A stretch of 64,000 nt of DNA, taken from Eledone cirrhosa (lineage: Eukaryota). Both the position numbers and the translations under genes were made by a program. Shown here piece by piece: positions 12,356-24,638 of the stretch (position 1 is its first letter; each line of letters begins with the position of its first letter). Where the stretch lies: contig OZ024766.1 in assembly GCA_964016885.1 (NCBI GenBank), positions 10,478,001 through 10,542,000 on the forward strand, written 5' to 3'. The notes beneath the pieces were generated by a model. It was given only the letters and a program-made list of their open reading frames with translations, was not told where the DNA came from and did not search any database.

Positions 12356-13923
12356 GGAGGCACATGGCTTAGTGGTTAGAGCATTGGCCTTGCAATCGAA
12401 AGGTTGTGAGTTCAATTCTCAGACCAAGTGATGTGTTGTTTCCTTGAGCAAGACACTTTATTTCACATTGCTCCAGTTTACTCAGCTGTAGAAATGAGAT
12501 GATAGGGACTGCGGTCCCTATCATTCCACTGTAAAGTGGTCGTGGAGGTGCCACGGCAAAAAAGCACCCAGCATTCACTGTAAGGTGGTCGTGGAAGTGC
12601 CACGGCAAAAAAGCACCCAGCATTCACTGTAAGGTGGTCGTGGAGGTGCCACGGCAAAAAAAGCACCCAGCATTCACTGTAAGGTGGTCGTGGAGGTGCC
12701 ACGGCAAAAAAGCACCCAGCATTCACTGTAAGGTGGTCGTGGAGGTGCCACGGCAAAAAAGCACCCAGCATTCACTGTAAAGTGGACGTGGAGGTGTCAC
12801 GGCAAAAAAGCACCCAGCATTCACTGTAAAGTGGTCGTGGAGGTGCCACAGCAAAAAAGCACCCAGCACTCACTGTAAAGTGGTCGTGGAGGAGCCACGG
12901 CAAAAAAGCACCCAGCCCACACTGTAAAGTGGACGTGGAGGTGCCACGGCAAAAAAGCACCCAGCACTCACTGTAAGGTGGTCGTGGAGGTGCCACAGCA
13001 AAAAAGCACCCAGCCCACACTCTAAAGTGGACGTGGAGGTGCCACGGCAAAAAAGCACCCAGCCGACACTGCAAAGTGGTCGTGGAGGTGCCACGTCAAA
13101 AAAGCACTCGGCATTCACTGTAAAGTGGTCGTGGAGGTGCCACAGCAAAAAAGCACCCAGCACTCACTGTAAAGTGGTCGTGGAGGAGCCACGGCAAAAA
13201 AGCACCCAGCCCACACTGTAAAGTGGACGTGGAGGTGCCACGGCAAAAAAGCACCCAGCACTCACTGTAAGGTGGTCGTGGAGGTGCCACAGCAAAAAAG
13301 CACCCAGCCCACACTGTAAAGTGGACGTGGAGGTGCCACGGCAAAAAAGCACCCAGCCGACACTGCAAAGTGGTCGTGGAGGTGCCACGTCAAAAAAGCA
13401 CTCGGCATTCACTGTAAAGTGGACGTGTAGGTGCCACGGCAAAAAAGCACCCAGCACTCACTGTAAAGTGGTCGTGGAGGTGCCACGGCAAAAAAGCACC
13501 CAGCATTCACTGTAAGGTGGTCGTGGAGGTGCCACAGCAAAAAAGCACCCAGCATTCACTGTAAGGTGGTCGTGGAAGTGCCACAGCAAAAAAGCACCCA
13601 GCATTCACTGTAAGGTGGTCGTGGAGGTGCCACAGCAAAAAAGCACCCAGCATTCACTGTAAGGTGGTCGTGGAAGTGCCACAGCAAAAAAGCACCCAGC
13701 ACTCACTGTAAGGTGGTCGTGGAGGTGCCACAGCAAAAAAGCACCCAGCATTCACTGTAAGGTGGTCGTGGAGGTGCCACGGCAAAAAAAGCACCCAGCA
13801 CTCACTGTAAATGAGGTTGGTGTTAGGAAGGGCTTCCAGCTGTAGAAATAAAGCCAGCATCAGTTCCCGTTCCACCCTTGCAAGCAGGGAAAAGCGAACA
13901 TATAATGATGATGAAATGATGAT
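12356..13923 (+). mobile_element. tRNA-headed SINE A with an internally expanded 49-bp array
   Basis: A box tggcttagtgg, B box gagttcaattc, CORE-like ccttgagcaagacactt segment, and RTE-type tail with (TGA)n. Confidence 0.85.
12527..13810 (+). repeat. 49-bp minisatellite, ~26 copies, with a 294-bp higher-order duplication
   Basis: Unit cactgtaaggtggtcgtggaggtgccacggcaaaaaagcacccagcatt. The variant pattern recurs at a 294-bp offset (13027 vs 13321). Confidence 0.95.
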
Positions 13924-14072
13924 ATATATATGTGTATATATATATATACACCAACGGGTGTATATATACAGGTTAATAAAGAAACATAGTTGTACTTACA
14001 AACTCACTTCAACAGAATATATTTATAAACAATGGAACTACAGGACATTGGTTTGACTGGGGAGTTCTATAG

Positions 14073-14180
14073 ACACTACTACTACTGCTACCACTACTAC
14101 CACCACTACCACTACTACCACCACTACCACTGCTACCACCACTACCACTACTACTACTACTACTGCTGCTACCACCACCA

Positions 14181-14212
<32 letters not shown>

Positions 14213-14465
14213 GTTACTACTACTACTACTGCTACTAATACTACTACTACTACTACTACTGCTACCACTACTACCACCACTACCACTTCTACCACCACTT
14301 CCACTACTACTACTACTGCTGCTACCACCACCACTACCACTACTACTACTGTTACTACTACTACTGCTACTAATACTACTACTAATACTACTACTACTAC
14401 TGCTACCACCACCACTACTGCTACCACCACCACTACTACTACTACTGTTACTACTACTACTACTG

Positions 14466-14499
<34 letters not shown>

Positions 14500-14561
14500 A
14501 ACCACTACTACTGCTACCACCACCACTACTACTACTACTGTTACTACTACTACTGCTACTA

Positions 14562-14595
<34 letters not shown>

Positions 14596-14958
14596 AACCA
14601 CTACTACTTTCTACCACCACCACACCACCATCATTACCACTACTAACACCACCACCACCAACACCACACCACTACCCAGCCCTTAATTGTGTAAACAAAA
14701 CCCATCCTACATTCTACCTCACAAGAGCATGCTTGAAAACACTACACCACCGCCTCCTCCACCACTGCTGTCAATCACCAAGGCTACACCACCACCACCA
14801 CATTATCAATATTACCACCACCACCACTACTACACCACATTAATACTACCACTACACCACCACCACCACCGCCACCATATCAATTAGTACACCAAATTTA
14901 TACAATCACTCCACCACAACCACCACATTATCAATACTACCACCAACACCCCCACTGC

Positions 14959-14992
<34 letters not shown>

Positions 14993-15060
14993 ACTGCACC
15001 ACCACCACTCCACCGCCACCACTACACCTCCGCCACCACTACTACACCCCCTACCAACAC
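14073..15060. repeat. (CTA/CCA)n tract with a poly-C run at ~14960-14992
   Basis: Seen directly. Confidence 0.9.
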
Positions 15061-15154
15061 AATCAACCCTCCCCCATTCTCTTTAACAAGCTATAAGAAC
15101 TTTGTACCTTGTATTTTATGAGATGACCTTCACACACCTTGATGTGTGTGTATC

Positions 15155-15197
<43 letters not shown>

Positions 15198-15248
15198 ACA
15201 CACACCTTGATGTGTGTATACATATATACATATATATATATGTATATT

Positions 15249-15588
15249 GGAGGCACATGGCTTAATGGTTAGAGCATTGGCCTTGAAATCGAAAGGTTGT
15301 GAGTTCAATTCTCAGACCGGGTGATGTGTTGTTTCCTTGAGCAAGACACTTTATTTCACATTGCTCCAGTTTACTCAGCTGTAGAAATGCGATGATAGGG
15401 ACTCCAGTCCCTATCATTCCACTGCGAAGTGGTCGTGGAGGTGCCACGGCAAAAAAAGCACCCAGCACTCACTGTAAATGAGGTTGGTGTTAGGAAGGGC
15501 ATCCAGCTGTAGAAATCAAGCCAGAATCAGTTCCCGTCCCACCCTTGCAAGCAGGGAAAAGTGGACGTAAAATGATGATGATGATGAT
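15249..15588 (+). mobile_element. SINE A, full length (~340 bp)
   Basis: tRNA-like head, a single 49-bp unit and a (TGA)n tail. Confidence 0.9.
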
Positions 15589-16038
15589 ATATATACATTC
15601 ATCATCATCATCATCTATTTCTTTTCTTTTCTTTTCAAATATATATATATGTATCATCATCATCGGTTAATGACCATCTAAGTATATATTATATATATAT
15701 ATGTATCATCATCATCATCATCATCGGTTAATGACCATCTTCCATGCTAGCATGGGTTAGACGGGAATTGTTGTGGAACCAACATAACTTCACATTTAAG
15801 GGGGTGGTGTGGAGGGGGGGGGGGGGGGGGGGGGGTAAAGGAACGGGGGGGGGGGGTATTTTGTTAGAGGTGCCTACTGACTGTGTGTATATATATTTGA
15901 AAGCAGCGCTTCTTTGCTTAAACTTTAATCTGTTATTTTAATAAATATTTGCTCTACGGTTCTTATATATCTGATATATATTTATCCTTATCGAGCCCTC
16001 TTTGGATTTTAGTCTTCAAATTTATTATTATTACTATA

Positions 16039-16089
<51 letters not shown>

Positions 16090-16132
16090 CGATATTAAAC
16101 AAATGGAAACTATATTTATAAAACCATATTTA

Positions 16133-16194
16133 TTTCATTATACATATTTCGGGGATACCATATTAAAAATATGGCATGCCTTCGTCAGATAAAA
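16133..16194 (-). ncRNA. Type I hammerhead ribozyme, family D
   Basis: Minus strand: ttttat-CTGACGA-aggcatgccatat(tttta)atatggtatcccc-GAA-atatgtat-A-atgaaa. Confidence 0.7.
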
Positions 16195-16353
16195 TACAAT
16201 ATATAAACAGTTTTATAATTAATTTGGACGTACCATAAATATGAGCGACCATTATGTAGGAAAACTTGTCGAGTGCTTTATATCAGTTATAAAATATTTA
16301 CTTGTTGTAACCCAACAATTTTAAATAAAACTTTTGCATATATATATATATTT

Positions 16354-17087
16354 CTCGAGAGAAGACTACGTTGGTATGGTCACGTGATGCGCATGAAAGA
16401 CGACAGCCGTATAAAAAAGTGCAGGGCGATCAAAATAGACGGTAGCCACGGAGTAGGCAGACCGAGAAAAACCTGGGACGACTTGATAAATTCCGACCTC
16501 ACACACTTACACCTCTCCAAGACAATGTCACTGGACCGAGATCTTCGGCGCTACACAGTAATACAGAAGACCCGCCTTACCTAAGTACAAAGTGAAACTT
16601 ACAGTCAGTAGGCACCTCTTAACAAAAATACACCCCCGTCCCACTAGCCCCACCCCATCACACCACCCATTTCAATGTAAAGTTATGTTGGTACCACAAC
16701 ATCCAGTCCTAAATAAATGAGGTCGTGTAGGTGTCACGACAAAAAAACACACAGTCCACGCTGTAATGTGGCCGTGTAGGTAACACAGTAAAAACCTCCC
16801 AGTCCACACTGTAAACGTGGTTGGTGTTAGGAAGGGCATCCAGCCGTAGAAAACCTGCCAGACAGTCCACGCTGTAATGTGGCCGTGTAGGTAACACAGT
16901 AAAAACCTCCCAGTCCACACTGTAAACGTGGTTGGTGTTAGGAAGGGCATCCAGCCGTAGAAAACCTGCCAGACAGTCCTATACGAGCAAGACAACCACT
17001 CTTGCCTCAAGTGGGAAAATTCCCGTCCAAACCCATGCTAGCATGGAAGTTGGACGTTAAACGATGATGATGATGATGATGATGATA
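16354..17087 (+). mobile_element. RTE-A LINE 3' fragment with a 111-bp internal duplication
   Basis: Encodes LERRLRWYGHVMRM...TRLT*. The UTR segment at 16751 is repeated at 16862. Confidence 0.85.
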
Positions 17088-17094
17088 TACAAAC

Positions 17095-17470
17095 AACCTT
17101 TACAGGGTAGGAAATAATGATGGAGGAGGAGGTGTGGGCCTCTTATAAGCTGAGAAAAATATAGATAAGGTGATAGAGGTAGAGTGACAGAATTATCATG
17201 GTTAGATTAGCAATAGGAACTAGATTGGTGACAAACAGGACATGGGTAAAGACAAGATTTATGAGGAAATTTTACTGACAACTTCAGGTACCCTCACCTT
17301 CCCTGGCAAGCGACTTCAATGGGCATGTGGGGAAATACCAGGATGGAGTCAGTGGAGTTTATGGTTGCTATGATTATGGCTCAAGAAATGAAGAGAAAAT
17401 GAGGCTCGTGAAGTTTCTGTGAAATTTCTGGAAATGGGCCAGCTACCCACCTACCTGATAACATGCTAAT
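17095..17470 (+). pseudogene. Degenerate RTE apurinic endonuclease fragment
   Basis: Interrupted translation GNNDGGGGVGLL...DKVIEV...SDFNGHVG...YGSRNEE. Confidence 0.65.
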
Positions 17471-17486
17471 CAAGCAAACACCTGAC

Positions 17487-18020
17487 GGGAGGGGGGGGGG
17501 GGTATTTTTGTTAAGAGGTGCCTACTGACTGTAGGTTTCACTTTGTACTTAAGCAAGACGGATCTTCTCTATTACTGTGTAGCGCCAAAGGTCTCGGTCC
17601 AGTGACATTGTCTTGGAGAGGGGTAAGTGTGTGTGAGGTCGGAATTTATCAAGTCGTCCCAGTTTTTTCTGGGTCTGCCTACTCCGTGGCTACCGTCTAT
17701 TTTGATCGCCCTGCACTTTTTTATACAGCTGTCGTCTTTCATGCGCATCACGTGACCATACCAACGTAGTCTTCTCTCGAGTAAACAACATCTGATCCCT
17801 CTTATTCCTAATTTCTCCCTTAGTTCGTTTATGCTTTGCCGTTCGCGTATATTACTATTACACATCCAGCGGAGCAGGCAAGCTTCGTTCCTCTCCAGTC
17901 TGCGTATATCCTCTGCACACAATGTCCGGGTCTCACTGCCATGTAACATTGCTGTTCGTATGCAGGCATCATACAATCTGCCTTTCATTTTTAGAGAGAA
18001 CCCTTTAGCGGCCAATAGTG
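17487..18020 (-). mobile_element. RTE-A LINE fragment inserted antisense into an older RTE
   Basis: ORF 17572-18015: KGRLYDACIRTAMLHGSET...RRLRWYGHVMRM...GRPRK.W. Confidence 0.85.
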
Positions 18021-18279
18021 ACTCTAGCTACTGTACTTTCACAGCACCCTCCACCACTGCTGATTTTGTCACCCAGGTAACAAAAGGTGTCCACTATTTC
18101 TATAGAACCATCTGTGCAATGGAATGAGCTAGTATTCTGTGGGCACTTGCTGCTACTTATTGCACCTGAGCACTGGCCACATATAAAATCTATATTCTTT
18201 TTCTGGGGAAGAATGCATTGCTCAACGCAAGTTAGTTAAGAGTTACCCCAAAATAAGCACAACACAGAACAAGATATGC

Positions 18280-18815
18280 AGGAAAATATGGAGATGGAAG
18301 GTTTGGAAGCTAAAGGACCTATTGGTTAAATATAGGTTTAGAAAGGCCCTATGGGATACATATGATGAGAGGGGTGATGTGTTAGATACATATAATGAAG
18401 AGGACAACTAGAAATTCTTATGTGTGGCAACCTTTTGTGAACTACTGATGAGACTTGTGGCTGGAGTAGAGGACCAGCTAGACAGAGGGTGACCTGGTGG
18501 TGGAAGAGCTCAGTGGATAGAACCATTAAAGCCAAGAGACAGGCTTGGAAAGTCTGGTAAAAAGTGGGGCTAACAGAGACTGGTACCAGGAAAGGAGCTA
18601 GGTGACAGGTAGAGATAGCTTGGAGAGAGGCTGAAGAAAGTAAATTTTCCAATGACTTGGTTTAGAAAGGCCCTACAGGATGCACTTGATGAGAAGGGTG
18701 ATGCGCTAGATACATATAATGTAGAGGACAACTGGGAATTCATATGCGACAACCTTTTGCTAACTACTGACGAGCCTTGCGGCTGGAGAGGAAGACCAGC
18801 CAGACAGAGGGAGAC
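18280..18815 (+). pseudogene. Degenerate RTE ORF, EN-RT linker region, partly duplicated
   Basis: KVWKLKD...TCGW.RGPARQRVTWWW...KAKRQAWK.W. Segment 18338-18495 is repeated at ~18660-18815. Confidence 0.65.
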
Positions 18816-20172
18816 TTTACAGTGTGGACTGGGTGCTTTTGGTTGAGACACCTACATGACCACTTTACAGTGTGGACTGGGTGCTTTTTGTTGTGACACC
18901 TACATGACCACTTTACAGTGTGGACTGGGTGCTTTTTTGTCATGACACCTACATGACCACTTTACAGTGTGGACTGGGTGCCTTTTGTCATGACACCTAC
19001 ATGACCACTTTACAGTGTGGACTGGGTGTTTTTGGTTGAGACACCTACATGACCACTTTACAGTGTGGACTGGGTGCTTTTTGTTGTGACACCTACATGA
19101 CCACTTTACAGTGTGGACTGGGTGCTTTTTTGTCATGACACCTACATGACCACTTTACAGTGTGGACTGGGTGCCTTTTGTCATGACACCTACATGACCA
19201 CTTTACAGTGTGGACTGGGTGTTTTTGGTTGAGACACCTACATGACCACTTTACAGTGTGGACTGGGTGCTTTTTGTTGTGACACCTACATGACCACTTT
19301 ACAGTGTGGACTGGGTGCTGCTTCTTGTGACACCTACACGACCACTTTACAGTGTGGACTGGGTGCCTTTTGTCATGACATCTAAATGACCACTTTACAG
19401 TGTGGACTGGGTGCTTTTTGTTGTGACACCTAAATGACCACTTTACAGTGTGGACTGGGTGCTTTTTGTTGTGACACCTAAATGACCACTTTACAGTGTG
19501 GACTGGGTGCTTTTTGTTGTGACACCTACATGACCACTTTACAGTGTGGACTGGGTGCTTTTTGTCATGACATCTAAATGACCACTTTACAGTGTGGACT
19601 GGGTGCTTTTTGTTGTGACACCTACATGACCACTTTACAGTGTGGACTGGGTGCTTTTTGTCATGACATCTAAATGACCACTTTACAGTGTGGACTGGGT
19701 GCTTTTTGTTGTGACACCTACATTACCACTTTACAGTGTGGACTGGGTGCTTTTTGTTGTGACACCTACATGACCACTTTACAGTGTGGGCTGGGTGCTT
19801 TTTGTCATGACATCTAAATGACCACTTTACAGTGTGGGCTGGGTGCTTTTTGTCATGACATCTAAATGACCACTTTACAGTGTGGACTGGGTGCTTTTTG
19901 TTGTGACACCTACATGACCACTTTACAGTGTGGACTGGGTGCTTTTTGTCATGACATCTAAATGACCACTTTACAGTGTGGACTGGGTGCTTTTTGTCAT
20001 GACATCTAAATGACCACTTTACAGTGTGGACTGGGTGCTTTTTGTTGTGACACCTACATGACCACTTTACAGTGTGGACTGGGTGCTTTTTGTCATGACA
20101 TCTAAATGACCACTTTACAGTGTGGACTGGGTGCTTTTTGTAGTGATACCTACACAACCACTTTACAGTGGA
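18815..20172 (-). repeat. 48-bp minisatellite, ~28 copies, homologous to the 49-bp SINE/RTE unit
   Basis: Unit cactttacagtgtggactgggtgctttttgttgtgacacctacatgac. Confidence 0.95.
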
Positions 20173-20350
20173 TGTATATATATATATATAAGCAAATGGA
20201 TATTTAATTTGTTGGTAATTCAACAAATATATATATTTATATCTGATTAGAAGCACTCAACAGATTTTCTGGCGTATAATATCCAGGTAAAACTTGAACC
20301 GTTAAGGTCTCGTTCCTGGATATGTCAATATTTATAAAACAAACTTCGTA

Positions 20351-20407
20351 TTTTATCTGATGATAGCGTACCAAAGTTTTTGTACCCTTGAAATGTATAT
20401 AATAGAA
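20351..20407 (+). ncRNA. Hammerhead ribozyme, family D
   Basis: ttttat-CTGATGA-tagcgtaccaaagtttttgtaccctt-GAA-atgtatat-A-atagaa. Stem II is imperfect. Confidence 0.6.
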
Positions 20408-20528
20408 TAAATATGGTTTTATAAATATGGTTTTATAAATATAGTTTCCATTTATTAATATCATTGATATATATATACATATATTAAAATAACAGATTAA
20501 AGTTTAAGCAAAGAATCCTTTGCTATGC

Positions 20529-20588
20529 TTTATTATATAAATTTCGAAGGTACTGTGTTGTTTTTTCAATACGTCCTCATCAGATAAA
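20529..20588 (-). ncRNA. Hammerhead ribozyme, family D-like
   Basis: Minus strand: tttat-CTGATGA-ggacgtattg(aaaaaacaaca)cagtaccttc-GAA-atttatat-A-ataaa. Confidence 0.7.
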
Positions 20589-20668
20589 ATATATGATTTG
20601 ATATATGACATACCTCTACGGTCTTGATATTTCAATTCCTGTATTGGCAGTCACATATATATATATAT

Positions 20669-21013
20669 GGAGGCACATGGCTTAGTGGTTAGAGCATTGG
20701 CCTTGCAATCGAAAGGTTGTGAGTTCAATTCTCAGACCGGGTGATGTGTTGTTTCCTTGAGCAAGACACTTTATTTCACATTGCTCCAGTTTACTCAGCT
20801 GTAGAAATGAGATGATAGGGACTGGGGTCTCTATCATTCCACTGCAAAGTGGTCGTGGAGGTGCCACGGCAAAAAAGCACCCAGCACTCACTGTAAATGA
20901 GGTTGGTGTTAGGAAGGGCATCCAGCTGTAGAAATCAAGCCAGAATCAGTTCCCGTGCCACCCTTGCAAGCAGGGAAAAAGTGGACGTAAAATGAAATGA
21001 TGATGATGATGAT
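20669..21013 (+). mobile_element. SINE A, full length
   Basis: Same structure as 15249-15588. Confidence 0.9.
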
Positions 21014-21099
21014 ATGTGGATGTCTTTCAATCTACTCTCTCACAACCACTCTCTCTTCCTCTCTATCTTTCTCTCTCTCTTTCTCTATTTATAAAGGTA

Positions 21100-21350
21100 C
21101 CCATACAAATATAAACATAACAAATTCATTCAATTGGAAATTGCTAATTATTACTCATCTATCATTCCTAATTTACTTAATAAAGCCCTTACATATGCAT
21201 TTAAATATACTGATTTAACTAGCAATGAAATGCACATTATTTTAACTGCACGTAAAACATTAATTAAATTTAGCAACCACATTTGGACTAGAGCAGATAG
21301 GGATAACAATTTCGATATAACCTATGGGGTCATCTGACTCGGCGATATCT
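21100..21350 (+). pseudogene. Penelope-like RT core fragment from a second PLE lineage
   Basis: KFIQLEIANYYSSI.PNLLNKAL...IILTARKTL...W...FDIT(frameshift)MGSSD resembles the PLE RT region FDI..FYPSI...FDVTMGS.D. Confidence 0.65.
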
Positions 21351-21407
21351 CAGGAACCCATGCTCCGATTTAAACAAAACTTGTTTTATTCCATTTGTAT
21401 TTCCATT

Positions 21408-21853
21408 GGCACATGGCTTAGTGGTTAGAGCATTGGCCTTGCAATTGAAAGGTTGTGAATTCAATTCTCAGACCGGGTGATGTGTTGTTTCCTTGAGCAA
21501 GACACTTTATTCACATTGCTCCAGTTTACTCAGCTGTAGAAATGAGATGATAGGGACTGGGGTCCCTATCATTCCACTGCAAAGTGGTCGTGGAGGTGCC
21601 ATGGCAAAAAAGCACCCAGCCCACACTGTAAAGTGGTCGTGGAGGTGCCACGGCAAAAAAAGCACCCAGCCCACACTGTAAAGTGGTCGTGGAGGTGCCA
21701 CGGCAAAAAAGCACCCAGCACTCACTGTAAATGAGGTTGGTGTTAGGAAGGGCATCCAGCTGTAGAAATCAAGCCAGAATCAGTTCCCGTCCCACCCTTG
21801 CAAGCAGGGAAAAAGCGGACGTAAAATGAAATGATGATGATGATGATGATGAT
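21408..21853 (+). mobile_element. SINE A with three 49-bp units
   Basis: Direct alignment to the other copies. Confidence 0.9.
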
Positions 21854-22123
21854 TTCAGGATCAACTTCCTTTCAAAGTATTTTCCCATTATACACCCTTG
21901 ACTGTATTAATTTACAGACAAGCAATCACAGAGTTTTAGTAGTATATAGATTGAAGTGAAACCAACAGGTGCGTCTGTTTATATTGGTAACATGACCCTC
22001 CCAAATTATAACAACATCTGTTTCAAGACACATTTCCAGATAAGAAATCTTGCAAAACAAATATAAAAATTAAGACAACCGACTGAACAGGGATTTCGAG
22101 ACTAGATATGGGCAGTAACTTAA

Positions 22124-22344
22124 CCCTTTAGCATTTAAACCAGCCATATCTGGCCAGAATTCTCTCACCTTTTTCCATTCAAACTGACCCCAACCGGCCC
22201 CTCATACTGACTTTAAGGTATTGTTCTCAAAATAAATAATATCAAAATCTTATAGATTCAATATTATGTGAGATATTATGTAAGATAAGGCCTTTTACTG
22301 CAAACATACAATAGTTTATAAAGTGTAATGTAAATACTAAAGGG
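22124..22344. mobile_element. piggyBac-like MITE (221 bp)
   Basis: ttaa|ccctttagcattta ... taaatactaaaggg|ttta, giving CCC/GGG termini and a TTAA-like TSD. Confidence 0.75.
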
Positions 22345-22459
22345 TTTACCATACCATGCTAGGTGATACATTGATCTCTATAGACCAATCAACCGGCTGA
22401 AATGATCACCTGACTAATGCTTTTTATTGTTCTATGCACAAACACACACACACATATAA

Positions 22460-22850
22460 CATCATCATCATCATTTTACGTCTGCTTTTCCCTGCTTGCA
22501 AGGGTGGGACCTGAACTGATTCTGGCTTGATTTCTACAGCTGGATGCCCTTCCTAATACCAACCTCATTTACAGAGAGTGCTGGGTGCTTTTTCTTTTTC
22601 CGTGGCGCCTACACGTCCACTTTACAGTGAGTGCTGGGTGCTTTTTTTGCCGTGGCACCTCCACGACCACTTTGCAGTGGAATGATAGGGACTCCAGTCC
22701 CTATCATCTCATTTCTACAGCTGAGTAAACTGGGGCAATGTGAAATAAAGTGTCTTGCTCAAGAAAACAACACATCACCCGGTCTGAGAATTGAACTCAC
22801 AACCTTTCGATTGCAAGCCCAATGCTCTAACCACTAAGCCATGTGCCTCC
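22460..22850 (-). mobile_element. SINE A
   Basis: Reverse-complement copy with two units. Confidence 0.9.
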
Positions 22851-22852
22851 AT

Positions 22853-23025
<173 letters not shown>

Positions 23026-23062
23026 AAAGGTAAACAGAAATAACAACACAATCGGTACAGTA

Positions 23063-23262
23063 TCTATCTATCTATCTAAGGCGGGTAAAATTCTCGAGAT
23101 CCATGGACGAGTTCTCTCCCCCATTATCGCTGCCATGTCCTGCATCTCCAACAGACCAGTGTCTGTCCTTAGGGCATCAACATACGTTAACCTTGGTCTT
23201 CCTCTTCTAGTGTGTCCATGTAGGGGCTCCCAAAGGAGTACTGAGTGCAATGTCAACTCTGG
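23063..23262 (-). mobile_element. RTE-E 3' fragment with TSD ggtacagta
   Basis: TSD at 23054-23062 and 23261-23269, with a (TAGA)n tail. The empty-site homologue is at ~63795-63930. Confidence 0.85.
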
Positions 23263-23321
23263 TACAGTACAGTATATGGAAGGTATATATTAGGTTAACG
23301 CTTGATATAGCAGGAAGAGGG

Positions 23322-23357
23322 TCTTAATGTTTCGGATGCTAGTCCTTCATCAGAAGA
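23322..23357 (-). ncRNA. Minimal hammerhead ribozyme, family F
   Basis: Minus strand: tctt-CTGATGA-a-gga(ctagca)tcc-GAA-acat-T-aaga. Confidence 0.6.
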
Positions 23358-23471
23358 AAGAATGAGAAAAAAAGTATTGGAAAAAATGTCTTTAGATAAA
23401 AATAACAGGTCCATTCATATATAGAATAAGAAAATGTGAAGTAGTTTCAGATGTTAAGGTCCTTTAATGAT

Positions 23472-23654
23472 AATTATTTCTACTTTTGGCACAAGGCCAG
23501 CAATTACCCAATGTATTACTGGTACTTTATTCTATCGACCCCGGAAGGATTAAAGGCAAAGTTAACCTCAGCGGGATTTGAACTCAGATCATACAGGGAG
23601 GTAACTCTATGCTTCAAAGCATGGCATCCGACCCTCTACCGATACTGCCAATCG
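23472..23654 (-). mobile_element. tRNA-headed SINE B
   Basis: B box gagttcaaatc and a body of the ttgcctttcatcc..ggggtcgataaaat..gtaccag type, resembling a Deu/Nin-type central domain. Confidence 0.75.
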
Positions 23655-23747
23655 AAGGGACGAAGGATTCAAGAACATCCGCTTTGTCCCTTACCTTGTC
23701 ATATTCCATTTGGATTGCCTCGGGAACATAACCTTATTATGTAAGAA

Positions 23748-23821
23748 GCTGTCTGATGATGTCACGACACTGGGTCACCGAAGAGTGTGGCCACTGTTGT
23801 CACTGAAATACGTATCACAGC
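23748..23821 (+). ncRNA. Type I hammerhead ribozyme, family G (long stem II)
   Basis: gctgt-CTGATGA-45-nt irregular hairpin-GAA-atacgtat (perfect palindrome)-C-acagc. The triplet is AUC. Confidence 0.85.
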
Positions 23822-23964
23822 ATTATCATTAAAGGACATTAACACCTGAAACTACTTCGCATTTTCTTATTCTAAATATACTCCGTCACTCCTCTGTGGA
23901 AAAAGTACGTTGAGTGCTTGAACTGAATTGCATCAATATTTACCTAAAGTATATATATAATAAT

Positions 23965-24421
23965 GGAGGCACATGGCTTAGTGGTTAGAGCATTGGCCTT
24001 GCAATCGAAAGGTTGTGAGTTCAATTCTCAGATCGGGTGATGTGTTGTTTCCCTGAGCAAGACACTTTATTTCACATTGCTCCAGTTTACTCAGCTGTAG
24101 AAATGAGATGATAGGGACTGGGGTCTCTATCATACCACTGCAAAGTGGTCGTGGAGGTGCCACGGCAAAAAAGCACCCAGCACTCACTGTAAATGAGGTT
24201 GGTGTTAGGAAGGGCATCCAGCTGTAGAAATGAGATGATAGGGACTGGGGTCCCTATCATTCCACTGCAAAGTGGGCGTGGAGGTGCCACGGCAAAAAAG
24301 CACCCAGCACTCACTGTAAATGAGGTTGGTGTTAGGAAGGGCATCCAGCTGTAGAAATCAAGCCAGAACCAGTTCCCGTCCCACCCTTGCAAGCAGGGAA
24401 AAGCGGACGTAAAATGATGAT
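23965..24421 (+). mobile_element. SINE A with a 127-bp internal duplication
   Basis: The segment starting agctgtagaaatgagatg occurs at 24093 and again at 24220. Confidence 0.9.
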
Positions 24422-24451
24422 ATATTATATATATTGTAGATATTATATATA

Positions 24452-24602
24452 TCATCATCATCATCTTCATTTAATGGCCATCTTCCACGCTAGCATCAGT
24501 TAGACGGGAGTTGTCCCACTTGAAGCAAGGTTGGTCGGGTGACCGTGTCTCGCTCATATAGGACTATCTCGCAGGTTTACTGCTGGATACCCTTCCTAAC
24601 AC
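24452..24602 (-). mobile_element. RTE-type 3' UTR end
   Basis: Homologous to the RTE-A 3' end and to 40731-40868, with a (TCA)n tail. Confidence 0.7.

Positions 24603-24638
<36 letters not shown>

Noticed and set aside
12356-12430. tRNA gene
   Set aside because: It has A and B boxes but poor acceptor and anticodon stems, and it is always fused to a SINE body.
12527-13810. CRISPR-like appearance of the regular arrays
   Set aside because: The units are head-to-tail with no unique spacers, there are no cas genes, and the context is eukaryotic.
18440-18455. CTGATGA core (also at 29253, 37944 minus, 43011, 50477, 56452 minus)
   Set aside because: There is no correctly placed GAAA with stems I and III, and several lie within LINE or Tc1 sequence.
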